From sequence record NC_071007.1: a stretch of DNA of 64,000 bases, one strand, 5' to 3'. The notes under the pieces were generated by a model. The model ran no database searches. It was not told the origin of the DNA and saw only the letters and a program-made list of their open reading frames with translations. This document shows positions 9,749-18,964 of this stretch, in pieces. The position numbers were made by a program, and so were the translations under genes. The stretch's first letter is position 1. Every line of letters starts with the position of its first letter.

Positions 9749-10045
9749 TTAAAAATGACCATGGTTATTTATATAAATAGTGGAATCAACAACGATGGCA
9801 ATAACATAAATAATAATTTCTTTATTGCTAAACAATTTATCTTCTCTCCAGTAAAGAGATAATAGATACCAAATAGCAATTGGATACGTAAATGTCCCAA
9901 AACCTTTTAATTCAAAAATCCCAAATAAAGATCCGCATAACGCCATTAAAAAAGTAAATGTTTTATGCATAGGTTCTATCATAAACCAATTTTTGATCTT
10001 CTTAGAAAAAGTTTTCATATCCGTAATACCCAAAAATAATGACAA
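9749..10045 (-). CDS. Small multi-pass membrane protein
   Basis: Three hydrophobic stretches; true start may be MKTFS at 10018. Confidence 0.6.
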   Translation of the reverse strand: MSLFLGITDMKTFSKKIKNWFMIEPMHKTFTFLMALCGSLFGIFELKGFGTFTYPIAIWYLLSLYWREDKLFSNKEIIIYVIAIVVDSTIYINNHGHF

Positions 10046-10304
10046 TTATAATCCCAAACCCTAATACATGTTTAGGGTGTATAATAAAAACATCTTTTTG
10101 AAATAACACTTTCCAAATTCTAAATAATAGGAAATAAAGTATGATCTCACCTAGCCACCCAAAACCTAATGGTTGTGTTAAACAACACAATGGATAGATC
10201 AAGGTTAACATAATCAAATTGACCGGGGCTCGTAGCACTTCCCTTCCGTTTAATCCTAACTCCTCATTAGTCGGACCTTTCATAGTTTCTCTCAGAAATA
10301 ACAA
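10002..10304 (-). CDS. Small multi-pass membrane protein
   Basis: Three hydrophobic stretches. Confidence 0.6.
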   Translation of the reverse strand: MLFLRETMKGPTNEELGLNGREVLRAPVNLIMLTLIYPLCCLTQPLGFGWLGEIILYFLLFRIWKVLFQKDVFIIHPKHVLGFGIIIVIIFGYYGYENFF

Positions 10305-10343
10305 TTATACCACATGATTTCAAAAGAAAAATAAAAAGATTAA

Positions 10344-10373
10344 AAGTGTAGGGAGCTCACGCTCCCTACACTT
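10344..10373 (-). terminator. Terminator after chaperonin gene
   Basis: 13-bp stem AAGTGTAGGGAGC/GCTCCCTACACTT. Confidence 0.85.
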
Positions 10374-10376
10374 ATT

Positions 10377-11969
10377 TTAACCTACATAAGAACTATGAGA
10401 TCGCCCCATGATATTAGAAAGTTTACACAGTGTTTTTGCTGTAGCCCAAGCGCCAGAAAGTGCAGTCAATGTTGCCGCTGCATTATCAAACACTTTGGTT
10501 GGTTTACTTTCAATTTCACCAGTGACCAAATCCAGGAACTTTGGTTCAGATCCAAGCTCAAATTCGACGTCTCCGGAAAGATGTTTGTATTGAGCGAGAA
10601 GCACATTTAGAAATGTGTTAAACAATTCAACATTTTCTTCTTTTATTTCTTTACCCAATTTTTCCTTAATTTGATGAGCGGCACTCAAATAGCCATAACC
10701 AATTCCAGGAAGAATGCCATAAATAACACCAGTCTTAGCTGCTTTCATTGCATCTTCATATCGGTAATAACGTTCACTCGCTTCGCTAGGAACTGTACCA
10801 GTAACTTTGATAATGATATTGTTGCCGGTAAGTCTAGAGATACGATCAAACAGATTTTTACCAATAGGGGATTGGCGCTCAATGACGTTCATGACATCAT
10901 AACGCTTTTTAAGCTCCTGTACCAGCTTAGGAGCAGTTTCTTTAATCCATTCGTTGTCTTGGTCAACTACTAGTGAGTTCGGTCCCAGAATGAATCCAGG
11001 ACCGGTATAATCGTTTATTTCATTTTCGATATCGTGAAAATCATTAACGGAATTGATTTTGAGCAATTCACACAAATCACGAATAACGTTAGAACCAAGA
11101 CTACCTGGCGCATTCAGTTGGTAAGGAAGAATGCGTGTACCGAATTTACTGTTGACTTGTTTAAACAATGTTACAACAGACGGATCAAAGTTACGTGCCA
11201 TGATAATAATGTCACCGGCGTAAGCTGTGTCAGAATTATCATCTTTTACTATCTTGGTCAAAAGGTTAATATCAACTTTAGAAATATGGCCATCAACTAC
11301 AATAACACGGCAACCTGCTTCTTTGCTACAAGGCTTTTGACCATTGTCATTGGTACGAGGTCTAAATTCGTCGGTTGCATAACCACCCAAGAAATAAATG
11401 GCGCTATTGGTTTCAATAGTGTCTTTTGGAAGTGACGGGACTTTCTGGAGAATGACGTTTGGGTTGTCATATTTTCGATAAATATCCAGAATACGATCTA
11501 CAATTTCAGATTCATAGTTAGAGGTTGTCATCAACATGTTTCTGAAAAGTTCACTATTAACATCACCAGGAATGGTCATGTCCTTTAGGATTTCCCTAAC
11601 TTCCTCCACCCAACTATCGATTAGCCGGAAGTTATTAAATGAAACTTTATTTTTAAAAGCCTCATAAAAATGTCCAAGCATAAATACAGTTGTGGTAGTG
11701 CCATCGCCTACTTCAATGTCAGTTTTAATGGACGGTTCAGTAATAATTTTGGCAATAGCATTACGACGAGATTCGTTAAAATCAAGTGCCTTAGCTACAC
11801 TGACACCATCTTTAGTCACTTTGGGAAGATTCTTTTCCAAGATGGTTACATAACAGCCATCTGGACCCATCGTGCTACAAACAGCCTGTACTGCATTTTT
11901 AACAACTTCATCAACCAGTACACGGGTATCATCTTTATTAGTAAAGGTGATTTCAGTAAGAATAGACAT
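10377..11969 (-). CDS. groEL: Phage GroEL-like chaperonin
   Basis: TKDGVSVAK, GDGTTT, RYEDAMKA, GILPGIG; 530 aa; lacks GGM tail; no GroES nearby. Confidence 0.9.
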   Translation of the reverse strand: MSILTEITFTNKDDTRVLVDEVVKNAVQAVCSTMGPDGCYVTILEKNLPKVTKDGVSVAKALDFNESRRNAIAKIITEPSIKTDIEVGDGTTTTVFMLGHFYEAFKNKVSFNNFRLIDSWVEEVREILKDMTIPGDVNSELFRNMLMTTSNYESEIVDRILDIYRKYDNPNVILQKVPSLPKDTIETNSAIYFLGGYATDEFRPRTNDNGQKPCSKEAGCRVIVVDGHISKVDINLLTKIVKDDNSDTAYAGDIIIMARNFDPSVVTLFKQVNSKFGTRILPYQLNAPGSLGSNVIRDLCELLKINSVNDFHDIENEINDYTGPGFILGPNSLVVDQDNEWIKETAPKLVQELKKRYDVMNVIERQSPIGKNLFDRISRLTGNNIIIKVTGTVPSEASERYYRYEDAMKAAKTGVIYGILPGIGYGYLSAAHQIKEKLGKEIKEENVELFNTFLNVLLAQYKHLSGDVEFELGSEPKFLDLVTGEIESKPTKVFDNAAATLTALSGAWATAKTLCKLSNIMGRSHSSYVG

Positions 11970-11976
11970 ATTAACT

Positions 11977-12004
11977 TTTTCCTTTTCTAAATAGAGGAGT
12001 TAAA
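11977..12004 (-). repeat. Conserved intercistronic leader, copy 1
   Basis: TTTTCCTTTTCTAAATAGAGGAGTTAAA, identical to 45718-45745. Confidence 0.8.
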
Positions 12005-12773
12005 CGTTTTTACTTTCTTGTTTAGTCAGGTAATCAAGTCCACTGACCATTGTTTTAAAACTGGGGCGCTTTGGAGGTGTTGGTACAAATTGTTTTAACC
12101 CATACTGCTCCAAATATTCATCAGTTAACAATGCAGCTTTTCTAATTGTTTCTGGTGTATCGGAAGTATGTGCTAATTTCAATCCTTCCCTTGTTAAAAT
12201 AATCCAGTTCGATGGATTAATTTCTTTAAAGATAATCCCGTCAACAATTCCTTTTGTACCAAGCCAAATTGTTTCCATCCCAGTAAAGTAAATTGTTTTA
12301 CTATCAAACAACCTTGTTACTTCATTAATTGACATACCCGTTGTTTCAGCAATTTCTTTATGCGCTGTTTGGCTCTGGTTTACCAAAGTAGGGAGAGCAG
12401 AAAAAGCTTCTTCATGATCGATATCAGCTAAAGAGTAACTGGGTGAATGTTGAAACCAGACTGTATTAGCGTACGTCAAACGAAGGTATTTATCACTGGT
12501 AAATAAATACCAACCAGCACTTGCAATTCTTGACGTTGCAATAACAACAATATCTTGATGTCGTGATTCCAACATTTCTTTAATTACGAAACTTGTAGCT
12601 ACATCTCCGCCAGGTGTAGAAACATTTATTCTTATTGTATCTCTAGGATCAACTGCAATTTGAGGAAGGAAGTTAGTTGTAGCAAATTTTGCATTTAAAA
12701 TATCATGGATAAAAATGTTTCTGAGGTTTCCAGTTGAAACTTCTTGTTGGGTTTCTTTATTAGCTTTTGACAT
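12000..12773 (-). CDS. ClpP/crotonase-like protease
   Basis: RINVSTPGGDV, IASAG (catalytic Ser), FQHSP (His), GIVDGII. Confidence 0.75.
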   Translation of the reverse strand: MSKANKETQQEVSTGNLRNIFIHDILNAKFATTNFLPQIAVDPRDTIRINVSTPGGDVATSFVIKEMLESRHQDIVVIATSRIASAGWYLFTSDKYLRLTYANTVWFQHSPSYSLADIDHEEAFSALPTLVNQSQTAHKEIAETTGMSINEVTRLFDSKTIYFTGMETIWLGTKGIVDGIIFKEINPSNWIILTREGLKLAHTSDTPETIRKAALLTDEYLEQYGLKQFVPTPPKRPSFKTMVSGLDYLTKQESKNV

Positions 12774-13016
12774 TTAACGTTTCCTTTTCATTTCAATAAA
12801 AAGACAAAGAAGAAAAATTCCATATCCTAAATAAAATACTGGCCAACATGTTAACAACATAAATTGAATTAAAGACACCAATAATTTTTGTTTAAAAGTG
12901 TTTATGTAAGGGATACCAAAACACCACCAAAAATTACCTATTGTTATTAATCCAATGTACAAATAAATAACAAGAATAACTAAACATCCAAAAATCATTA
13001 ATAAAGAAGAAAGCAT
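12774..13016 (-). CDS. Small two-TM membrane protein
   Basis: Two long hydrophobic segments; first gene after promoter at 13044. Confidence 0.65.
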   Translation of the reverse strand: MLSSLLMIFGCLVILVIYLYIGLITIGNFWWCFGIPYINTFKQKLLVSLIQFMLLTCWPVFYLGYGIFLLCLFIEMKRKR

Positions 13017-13043
13017 AAATAATACTCTTATTGATACACAATA

Positions 13044-13066
13044 ATAATATCTGTCTGTAAAAATAT
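13044..13066 (-). promoter_or_regulatory. Early-type promoter, long variant
   Basis: ATAATATCTGTCTGTAAAAATAT, 22/23 identical to 51057-51079. Confidence 0.7.
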
Positions 13067-13075
13067 AAAGAAGTT

Positions 13076-13109
13076 AAAATACTCACCCAGTCTCCTAGGT
13101 GAGTATTTT
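13076..13109 (-). terminator. Terminator after DHFR
   Basis: 12-bp stem AAAATACTCACC/GGTGAGTATTTT. Confidence 0.75.
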
Positions 13110-13111
13110 AT

Positions 13112-13663
13112 TTACAGTTGTTTTTGTCTTAGTTCTTTGGGTTCTGGTCGAAGTCCTTGTTTAGTATAAAAATTAAGTTCTTCATCATGAATTGTTTTTT
13201 CCCAAATGTTAAAATCACATTTATCAGAAGTAAAACTATCATGGAACCGAAGATCCCAATCTTCCCATGTTCCTTCTACCTGAACATCAGCAAGATTAAC
13301 CGTTTTCACATTAGTAACGTAAACACGATCCACATATCTACGAAGTGTTCTGATTGTTTCAGCACCACCAATAATCATGATCTCTGGCAAAGTACTATAT
13401 TTATCCAATACTTTTTCAAAATCATCAAATACTTCAGCGCCGGGAATATTATCTACCCTGGTGCTCAAAACAACATTAATACGACCTGGCAATGGTTTTA
13501 AAGGAAGGGATTCCCAAGTCTTGTATCCCATTACCACAACTTTGTTTACTGTATGCTTTTTAAACCAAGCGAAATCTTCAGGAATAACTGGCCATGGAAG
13601 CTTATTATCATTTCCCATTCCGCCGCATTCATCAATAGCAAAAATCACACTAACAGTACTCAT
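13112..13663 (-). CDS. folA: Dihydrofolate reductase
   Basis: IFAIDECGGMG, LPWPVIPED, VVMGYKTWESLP, LPGRINVVLS, IIGG. Confidence 0.97.
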   Translation of the reverse strand: MSTVSVIFAIDECGGMGNDNKLPWPVIPEDFAWFKKHTVNKVVVMGYKTWESLPLKPLPGRINVVLSTRVDNIPGAEVFDDFEKVLDKYSTLPEIMIIGGAETIRTLRRYVDRVYVTNVKTVNLADVQVEGTWEDWDLRFHDSFTSDKCDFNIWEKTIHDEELNFYTKQGLRPEPKELRQKQL

Positions 13664-14172
13664 AGAAATTTACCTGCATTGATAGTTCCTTTGATCCAGC
13701 CAGTTTTGGTGTAGAATTCTACCGCATCTTTATTTCTGCCGTCGTAACAAAGAGAAAGAAAACTAAAATTCCGCATTCTTGCACCCCGACCAATCCTTTC
13801 CATTAACTCTCTCCCGTGTCCTTCTTTCCTGAATCCGGGGTTTGTCATGACATAAGTAATAATGAGTTCTTTAGAATAATCATCAATTCCATACGTGACT
13901 CTTGCAACACTGACTAATTGACCTTTATATCTAAGAACGACTAAATAAATCCCAGCATGTTCCCAATCAACAAAGAAAAGATCAGAAAGTGTATGGAGAG
14001 TCCGATTACGTTTATTTCCTTCTTGTTCGTAAGGAAAAGTTCTAAACGTTCTTTCATTATTGATAAGATCATTTCCCCAAGTCAAAATGTTACCAATTTC
14101 AATTTCGCTAAGAACTTCAATTGCACCTTCGTAATTTAACCACAAAAATTCATAGTCTTGATTATTGTTCAT
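13660..14172 (-). CDS. GNAT-family acetyltransferase
   Basis: VMTNPGFRKEGHGRELM acetyl-CoA motif A; NKDAVEFYTKTGW motif B. Confidence 0.8.
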   Translation of the reverse strand: MNNNQDYEFLWLNYEGAIEVLSEIEIGNILTWGNDLINNERTFRTFPYEQEGNKRNRTLHTLSDLFFVDWEHAGIYLVVLRYKGQLVSVARVTYGIDDYSKELIITYVMTNPGFRKEGHGRELMERIGRGARMRNFSFLSLCYDGRNKDAVEFYTKTGWIKGTINAGKFL

Positions 14173-14719
14173 TTGTCATTCGTTCCATCAATTCTTCATG
14201 AGTAATAAGACGATGTTTTTCTTTACCTGGCTTTAATAGTTTTAATAATGTTTCACTATTATCGGTTGGTTGTGTTTGGGTAATCTTTCCAGTAACTGTT
14301 AAAATGACTGGGTCATACCGTTCATCCCGCTCACCCATTTCGGAAACACAAGCAAACCAAATTGCTTGTTTAATAGGTTGGATATAGTAACCTTCTGGTA
14401 GACTCTCTTTCCTCATAAATCGATTTTCGTCTTCTAACCAGCAAGGAATATCATGCCCAAAATAACTGAGATCCCGAATCATTCTTTCCTTGCCAGTATA
14501 ATGATATTTTCTTACTTCATCATCGGGTATGGATCTAATTTCAGCAACTTCGTCATCATTAACTCTTCGCCCAGAACCATGCCAGCTGTTCCCATTCGGA
14601 TACATGGCTTTAAGTATTTCCCCGGTATGGAGTTTGATATCATAATCCGTTTTAAATCGCCAGCCGTTATAAGGGATCCAAACACCAGTTATAAATGTAG
14701 AGTGATTTAGTTTTTTCAT
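14162..14719 (-). CDS. Hypothetical protein
   Basis: 185-aa ORF overlapping neighbours in the operon. Confidence 0.65.
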   Translation of the reverse strand: MKKLNHSTFITGVWIPYNGWRFKTDYDIKLHTGEILKAMYPNGNSWHGSGRRVNDDEVAEIRSIPDDEVRKYHYTGKERMIRDLSYFGHDIPCWLEDENRFMRKESLPEGYYIQPIKQAIWFACVSEMGERDERYDPVILTVTGKITQTQPTDNSETLLKLLKPGKEKHRLITHEELMERMTNEQ

Positions 14720-15364
14720 TTAAACAACTCCCATGCGCTTTTTAGCGAGTTCCAATAGGTCACTTATCCCTTTGTATTCATATTGGTTCTGATACGCTGG
14801 AAAGCGATTCAAGCGATTATAAATAACCAATTCTTTCATTTCTGGATGAACGGTATGATGATCTCCCAATGGGTTATCGTCTAGCAAAAGAATTTCTTTA
14901 TCTGGATACTTTTCTTTTAGGAAAGTAATTTTGTTAGGGTTTTTCGCAGGATCAAGAACATGAATGTCATCAAAGAGATAATCAATCATTGTAGTCTTTA
15001 ACCAACGTTGTGTGTAGTTCAGACCTTCTTTATGATAACCCCGATGGGTACAAACTACGTATTCTACGTGATCAGGATATAACCGTTTAAAATCTTGGAA
15101 AAAACGCATTGATGCACGTGTACCAATAGGTGTTGGTTTTGCATAAAGCATGAAATGACCAGGACCAACAATTTCACGATCAATATGAGATTTAATATTT
15201 GGAGGGTAGTTTAGAGTTGAAGTATAATGTTCTAGTTCAGAAACTTGTTCAAGTTCTTCAGCCATGTTGTTTTTAGCAAAGAACAATTTAATTTGTTCAT
15301 TAATATAAGCACCAGTATTAACTAGCGTATCATCTTTATCAAATGCAATAACCAATTTCTTCAT
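14720..15364 (-). CDS. HAD-superfamily 5'(3')-deoxyribonucleotidase-like phosphatase
   Basis: Start MKKLVIAFDKDDTL (DxD motif I), VVCTHR (motif II), LLLDDNP (motif IV). Confidence 0.75.
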   Translation of the reverse strand: MKKLVIAFDKDDTLVNTGAYINEQIKLFFAKNNMAEELEQVSELEHYTSTLNYPPNIKSHIDREIVGPGHFMLYAKPTPIGTRASMRFFQDFKRLYPDHVEYVVCTHRGYHKEGLNYTQRWLKTTMIDYLFDDIHVLDPAKNPNKITFLKEKYPDKEILLLDDNPLGDHHTVHPEMKELVIYNRLNRFPAYQNQYEYKGISDLLELAKKRMGVV

Positions 15365-15431
15365 ATTGACCTCAAAAATAAAAGAGTATACTGCCACACG
15401 CAGTATACTCTTTTTAGTGTTATTTGAATGC

Positions 15432-15617
15432 TTAAAATGGTGTAGTGATCGCAAGTTTAACAAACATGGCGTAAAACCATCCGATCATTAAAATGGTCAG
15501 TGTTAACATTCCAGTAAACAATTTATCTTTGTTTATTTTCCCAACCTTTCTTCCAACTAAAGACCCAAAGCCTAACAGTAAAAGAAGAACGGAAATAACA
15601 ATTAAAAATTCAATCAT
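15432..15617 (-). CDS. Small two-TM membrane protein
   Basis: Hydrophobic-basic loop-hydrophobic, 61 aa. Confidence 0.6.
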   Translation of the reverse strand: MIEFLIVISVLLLLLGFGSLVGRKVGKINKDKLFTGMLTLTILMIGWFYAMFVKLAITTPF

Positions 15618-15901
15618 AGCGTTGCATACAAGAAAATGACCTGACCAAAATAAATACCAACTGCGTAAGCAACCATGATATAAATAATCCTTGGGAAAAG
15701 TGATCGGATACTTTCACACCAAGTCGGAGTCATAATCTTCAAAACATCACGATGATTTTTACCATAAATTAATTTGGTATTAGTTCGATCTTGATTGATT
15801 TTAGACAAAACTTTAATTAGGAAAATAACAATAAAAATCAAACAGGTAATATGAATATCGGTTACAAACAACTGTTGGAAAGCAAGCTCAAAAATATTCA
15901 T
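15614..15901 (-). CDS. Small two-TM membrane protein
   Basis: Two hydrophobic segments; ATGA overlap with next gene. Confidence 0.6.
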   Translation of the reverse strand: MNIFELAFQQLFVTDIHITCLIFIVIFLIKVLSKINQDRTNTKLIYGKNHRDVLKIMTPTWCESIRSLFPRIIYIMVAYAVGIYFGQVIFLYATL

Positions 15902-15913
15902 TTCATATCCTTA

Positions 15914-16303
15914 TTAGTGAACAGGGGACGTTGTAACAATTTCATCAACAATGGCATCAAATAGATCCTTTCTTTTCAAATCAACAATCATACTTGATGT
16001 ATCAAAATCATCTCGGAAACGTTTAATGTCTAATGGTTTCTCAATATGATACTGGCAGTAATCATTCCAATAAAACATCCACGTTTCTTTAATTGGAATA
16101 ATAATACACGTTCTACCCCCAATCTTCCCAGAGAAGATAGGTGTATCATTAATCAAATTGATGTTAATTAAAATCTTTCTTCCGTTAATACTCGAAGCGT
16201 AAAATCCCTTTTCTAATTGTTTATTTTCTATTAAGGTGGTTGCATAAATAAAATCAAATACATTTTTAGCATTAAAGAAAAGACTTTCCATTTTTAATAA
16301 CAT
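15914..16303 (-). CDS. Hypothetical protein
   Basis: 129-aa ORF in operon. Confidence 0.6.
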   Translation of the reverse strand: MLLKMESLFFNAKNVFDFIYATTLIENKQLEKGFYASSINGRKILININLINDTPIFSGKIGGRTCIIIPIKETWMFYWNDYCQYHIEKPLDIKRFRDDFDTSSMIVDLKRKDLFDAIVDEIVTTSPVH

Positions 16304-16322
16304 GAACTTTTATCCCTAAATT

Positions 16323-16346
16323 ATAAGGGGATTTTTATCCCCTTAT
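16323..16346 (-). terminator. Hairpin terminator
   Basis: 10-bp stem ATAAGGGGAT/ATCCCCTTAT. Confidence 0.7.
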
Positions 16347-16351
16347 CTTTA

Positions 16352-16456
16352 TTATTCAGTTTTATCGTTATCATCTTTGGAGAAAAACACTTTATATAAA
16401 AAGAACCCCATAGCAAGATTAAACAATAAATATAGTAAAACAAGCCAATTAAACAT
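16352..16456 (-). CDS. 34-aa single-TM peptide (below ORF-track cutoff)
   Basis: TAATG coupling to thyA stop; MFNWLVLLYLLFNLAMGFFLYKVFFSKDDNDKTE. Confidence 0.55.
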   Translation of the reverse strand: MFNWLVLLYLLFNLAMGFFLYKVFFSKDDNDKTE

Positions 16457-17541
16457 TAGACCGCCACAGGAAATTTAATAGCTGGTCCAACAAGTTCTCT
16501 TGAATAATTGATATATTCAAAATCATCAGGTTGGTATTGCGTAATTGAATCTCGTTTGGTTTTCAATTTAAACTGGGTAACTTCATCAAATACTGATTGA
16601 TGGTCATAAACATAATGAAGGTATTTTTCCAAGCCGTCAAAATGATTATGATAAAGATGAACATCACTCCCCGAATAGGTAAGGTTTCTTGCAACAAAAT
16701 TATGGGTATTGGCAATAAAATGCGCAAGGTGTGCGTACATATTAAAGTTTGCAGGAAGACCCAAGATAGTGTCACTGCTTCTCATAAAGAACTGAAGATC
16801 TGAGAACATTTTTGGGACGTTATGTTCATCAAATATCTTAGAGGATTCTTCTGTCCATTCAGCACCAGTTACTGGATAAATAAAATTAATTAGTTTGGGT
16901 GCATGTTTTTTAACCCATTCCAACCGATCAGAAAAACTCATAGGTTGACAAGTTACTGTCCAGGCAAAATGACACGGGGTCAATGCCTGTTTACCTACTT
17001 TGTAATTTTCTTTAGGCGGTGTTTTGGAATCCGGGATAAATGACGGATGCCAGCAGTTTACCAACATTCGACGAGATGTAGGGTTATGTTCCATCAGATT
17101 TTCAATGTATGCAATTTGGTCTGTTTTAGACCCATCTGGATTTGGCCAGTGTCTCCACAGATAACCATAAACGGGACCAAGTTCGCCTGTTGAATCAGCA
17201 AACTCTGACCAGAACGGGACACCCAATTTTGCCAGATCTTTTTCATTGGAAGAACCTGACAACATCCAAGTCATTTCTTTACCAGGGTTTTCAGGTTTTA
17301 GGAACCGTCCCCGTACGGATGGGAATGAGTGACGCAAGTCATGTGTATAAGAAACATGAGAGATGGAATTAACTCCAGTCCCAGTTCTATCTTCTTTTCC
17401 ATTTGTAATACTGTAAAGTTCTGTTAAGAGCTTTACGTACCAAAGCTCCCAGCTGTTATGAGCAACCACCGGCCAGTTAAATTTTAAACCTTTAATGTCA
17501 TTATCTTGCATCATTATTTCCATATGTTGTTGATCATTCAT
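16456..17541 (-). CDS. thyA: Thymidylate synthase
   Basis: DRTGTG, LGPVYG, RRMLV, PCHF, MRSSD, GLPANF, HLYHNH; likely start MNDQQH at 17541. Confidence 0.95.
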   Translation of the reverse strand: MNDQQHMEIMMQDNDIKGLKFNWPVVAHNSWELWYVKLLTELYSITNGKEDRTGTGVNSISHVSYTHDLRHSFPSVRGRFLKPENPGKEMTWMLSGSSNEKDLAKLGVPFWSEFADSTGELGPVYGYLWRHWPNPDGSKTDQIAYIENLMEHNPTSRRMLVNCWHPSFIPDSKTPPKENYKVGKQALTPCHFAWTVTCQPMSFSDRLEWVKKHAPKLINFIYPVTGAEWTEESSKIFDEHNVPKMFSDLQFFMRSSDTILGLPANFNMYAHLAHFIANTHNFVARNLTYSGSDVHLYHNHFDGLEKYLHYVYDHQSVFDEVTQFKLKTKRDSITQYQPDDFEYINYSRELVGPAIKFPVAV

Positions 17542-17569
17542 ATTTTTGTTATTCCAGTAACAAGAGAAA

Positions 17570-17758
17570 TTACTTTCTGTTTTTTCGATGAATATGTTTA
17601 TCATCAATAAAACATTCAGGAGCACTTGCGCCATTATTTTGAATATTTTTAGGTTGATACATTATCGATTTATAAGTCCTGTGAACTTTAATTTGGTGAA
17701 TATCTGTATTGAATACACCTTGTCCTAACAAAGCAAGTAAGACAGCATTTCCGTTCAT
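17570..17758 (-). CDS. Small hypothetical protein
   Basis: MNGNAVLL start immediately after upstream stop. Confidence 0.45.
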   Translation of the reverse strand: MNGNAVLLALLGQGVFNTDIHQIKVHRTYKSIMYQPKNIQNNGASAPECFIDDKHIHRKNRK

Positions 17759-17760
17759 AA

Positions 17761-18189
17761 TCATTCCTTTTGATTCCAAAATAACACCAGTGCATCAACC
17801 AACATTCTCATTTCAGCTGCTGTTGAAATTTTAATTTCCAATTTATCAATATAACGTTCTTGATAATACGACCAGTTATAATGATGTTTATTACCTTGTA
17901 AAGTAACATCGATTCTTTTTCTAATAAAAGAAAATTGTAAACAAACGTTAACTTTATGATAGTCTTCATTTGTTTTAATTAGGGATTCAATGTTTCCATA
18001 ATTAAGAGCAACCATGACATTTAAAACATCTTCTACAACACAATCTTCTTTATCAACATCAATTGGAAGAAGTTCTAGGATGCAAGAATAAAATTTACGT
18101 TTATTGTAATTGGGGATTCTAGCTTGTTCTATTTTAAAAACATCGTTAATCAGTTTTAAATAGAAATCAATAGACATTGCGTCCTCCAA
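17761..18189 (-). CDS. Hypothetical protein
   Basis: Tightly packed operon ORF. Confidence 0.6.
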   Translation of the reverse strand: MEDAMSIDFYLKLINDVFKIEQARIPNYNKRKFYSCILELLPIDVDKEDCVVEDVLNVMVALNYGNIESLIKTNEDYHKVNVCLQFSFIRKRIDVTLQGNKHHYNWSYYQERYIDKLEIKISTAAEMRMLVDALVLFWNQKE

Positions 18190-18191
18190 GA

Positions 18192-18959
18192 TTAATCACA
18201 AACAACAAGACCATGAGGTTCCACGGTCATATAAACCATATTATCACTTCCTTTAAGTCGAATTGATTTAACCCAGGTATCCACAGGGAGTGGTGTTAAC
18301 ATCGTAATAAATTTTTGAACTGTTAATGAACTGCTTATAACACAATCAGTAAATCCATCATAACTAGGGTGAATTTTGTAATTTTGGACTACTCTTAATT
18401 CACCACTAGAGAAGTCATTTGTGTAATGAACTAATGGGCCGTTATCAACTCTAAAATCGTCAATTAATATTTCTTTTGGAACCACCTGATTAAGGAAATC
18501 CAATAGATCTTTAACAGTTTTAATAGGCTGTTCCTTAATGGAGATCTTACTGTTTTTAATCCGTTCTTTTACTAAGTATTCATCGGCCCAATCTTCATCA
18601 AAATGTTCTTGAATTGTTTTTGACAATTGGACTAGTGGTCTAAATTCAATTTCTAAACGAACATCGGAATCAATAATTTTTGATAATTTTTCTGTATTGA
18701 AAATTAAAGAAAATATCCCAGACTCAATTTTATTTCCAATTAACGGACTAACAACATACGCTAATGCATCAGCGAGTTTTGTTGGTTGAATAGGAGCTGT
18801 CCACGGAATGTTAAAAATCTCTAATTGGTTTTTTAATCCAATTGAGTATAAACAAAGATCCCTTATTTTCTCATGGTCGACATATTGATAATAATTAAAA
18901 TTTTCAATATTATTTTCAAAACCAGCAACGCCCATATCGTGCAATGTTTTCATAATCAC
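18192..18959 (-). CDS. Hypothetical protein
   Basis: 255-aa ORF with GGAG SD. Confidence 0.65.
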   Translation of the reverse strand: MIMKTLHDMGVAGFENNIENFNYYQYVDHEKIRDLCLYSIGLKNQLEIFNIPWTAPIQPTKLADALAYVVSPLIGNKIESGIFSLIFNTEKLSKIIDSDVRLEIEFRPLVQLSKTIQEHFDEDWADEYLVKERIKNSKISIKEQPIKTVKDLLDFLNQVVPKEILIDDFRVDNGPLVHYTNDFSSGELRVVQNYKIHPSYDGFTDCVISSSLTVQKFITMLTPLPVDTWVKSIRLKGSDNMVYMTVEPHGLVVCD

Positions 18960-18964
18960 TCTCC

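Noticed and set aside
16456-17541. ThyA as a base-modifying (hydroxymethylase) variant or intron-containing gene
   Set aside because: PCH, RSSD and the dUMP-specifying Asn are canonical, the ORF is continuous, and DHFR is present
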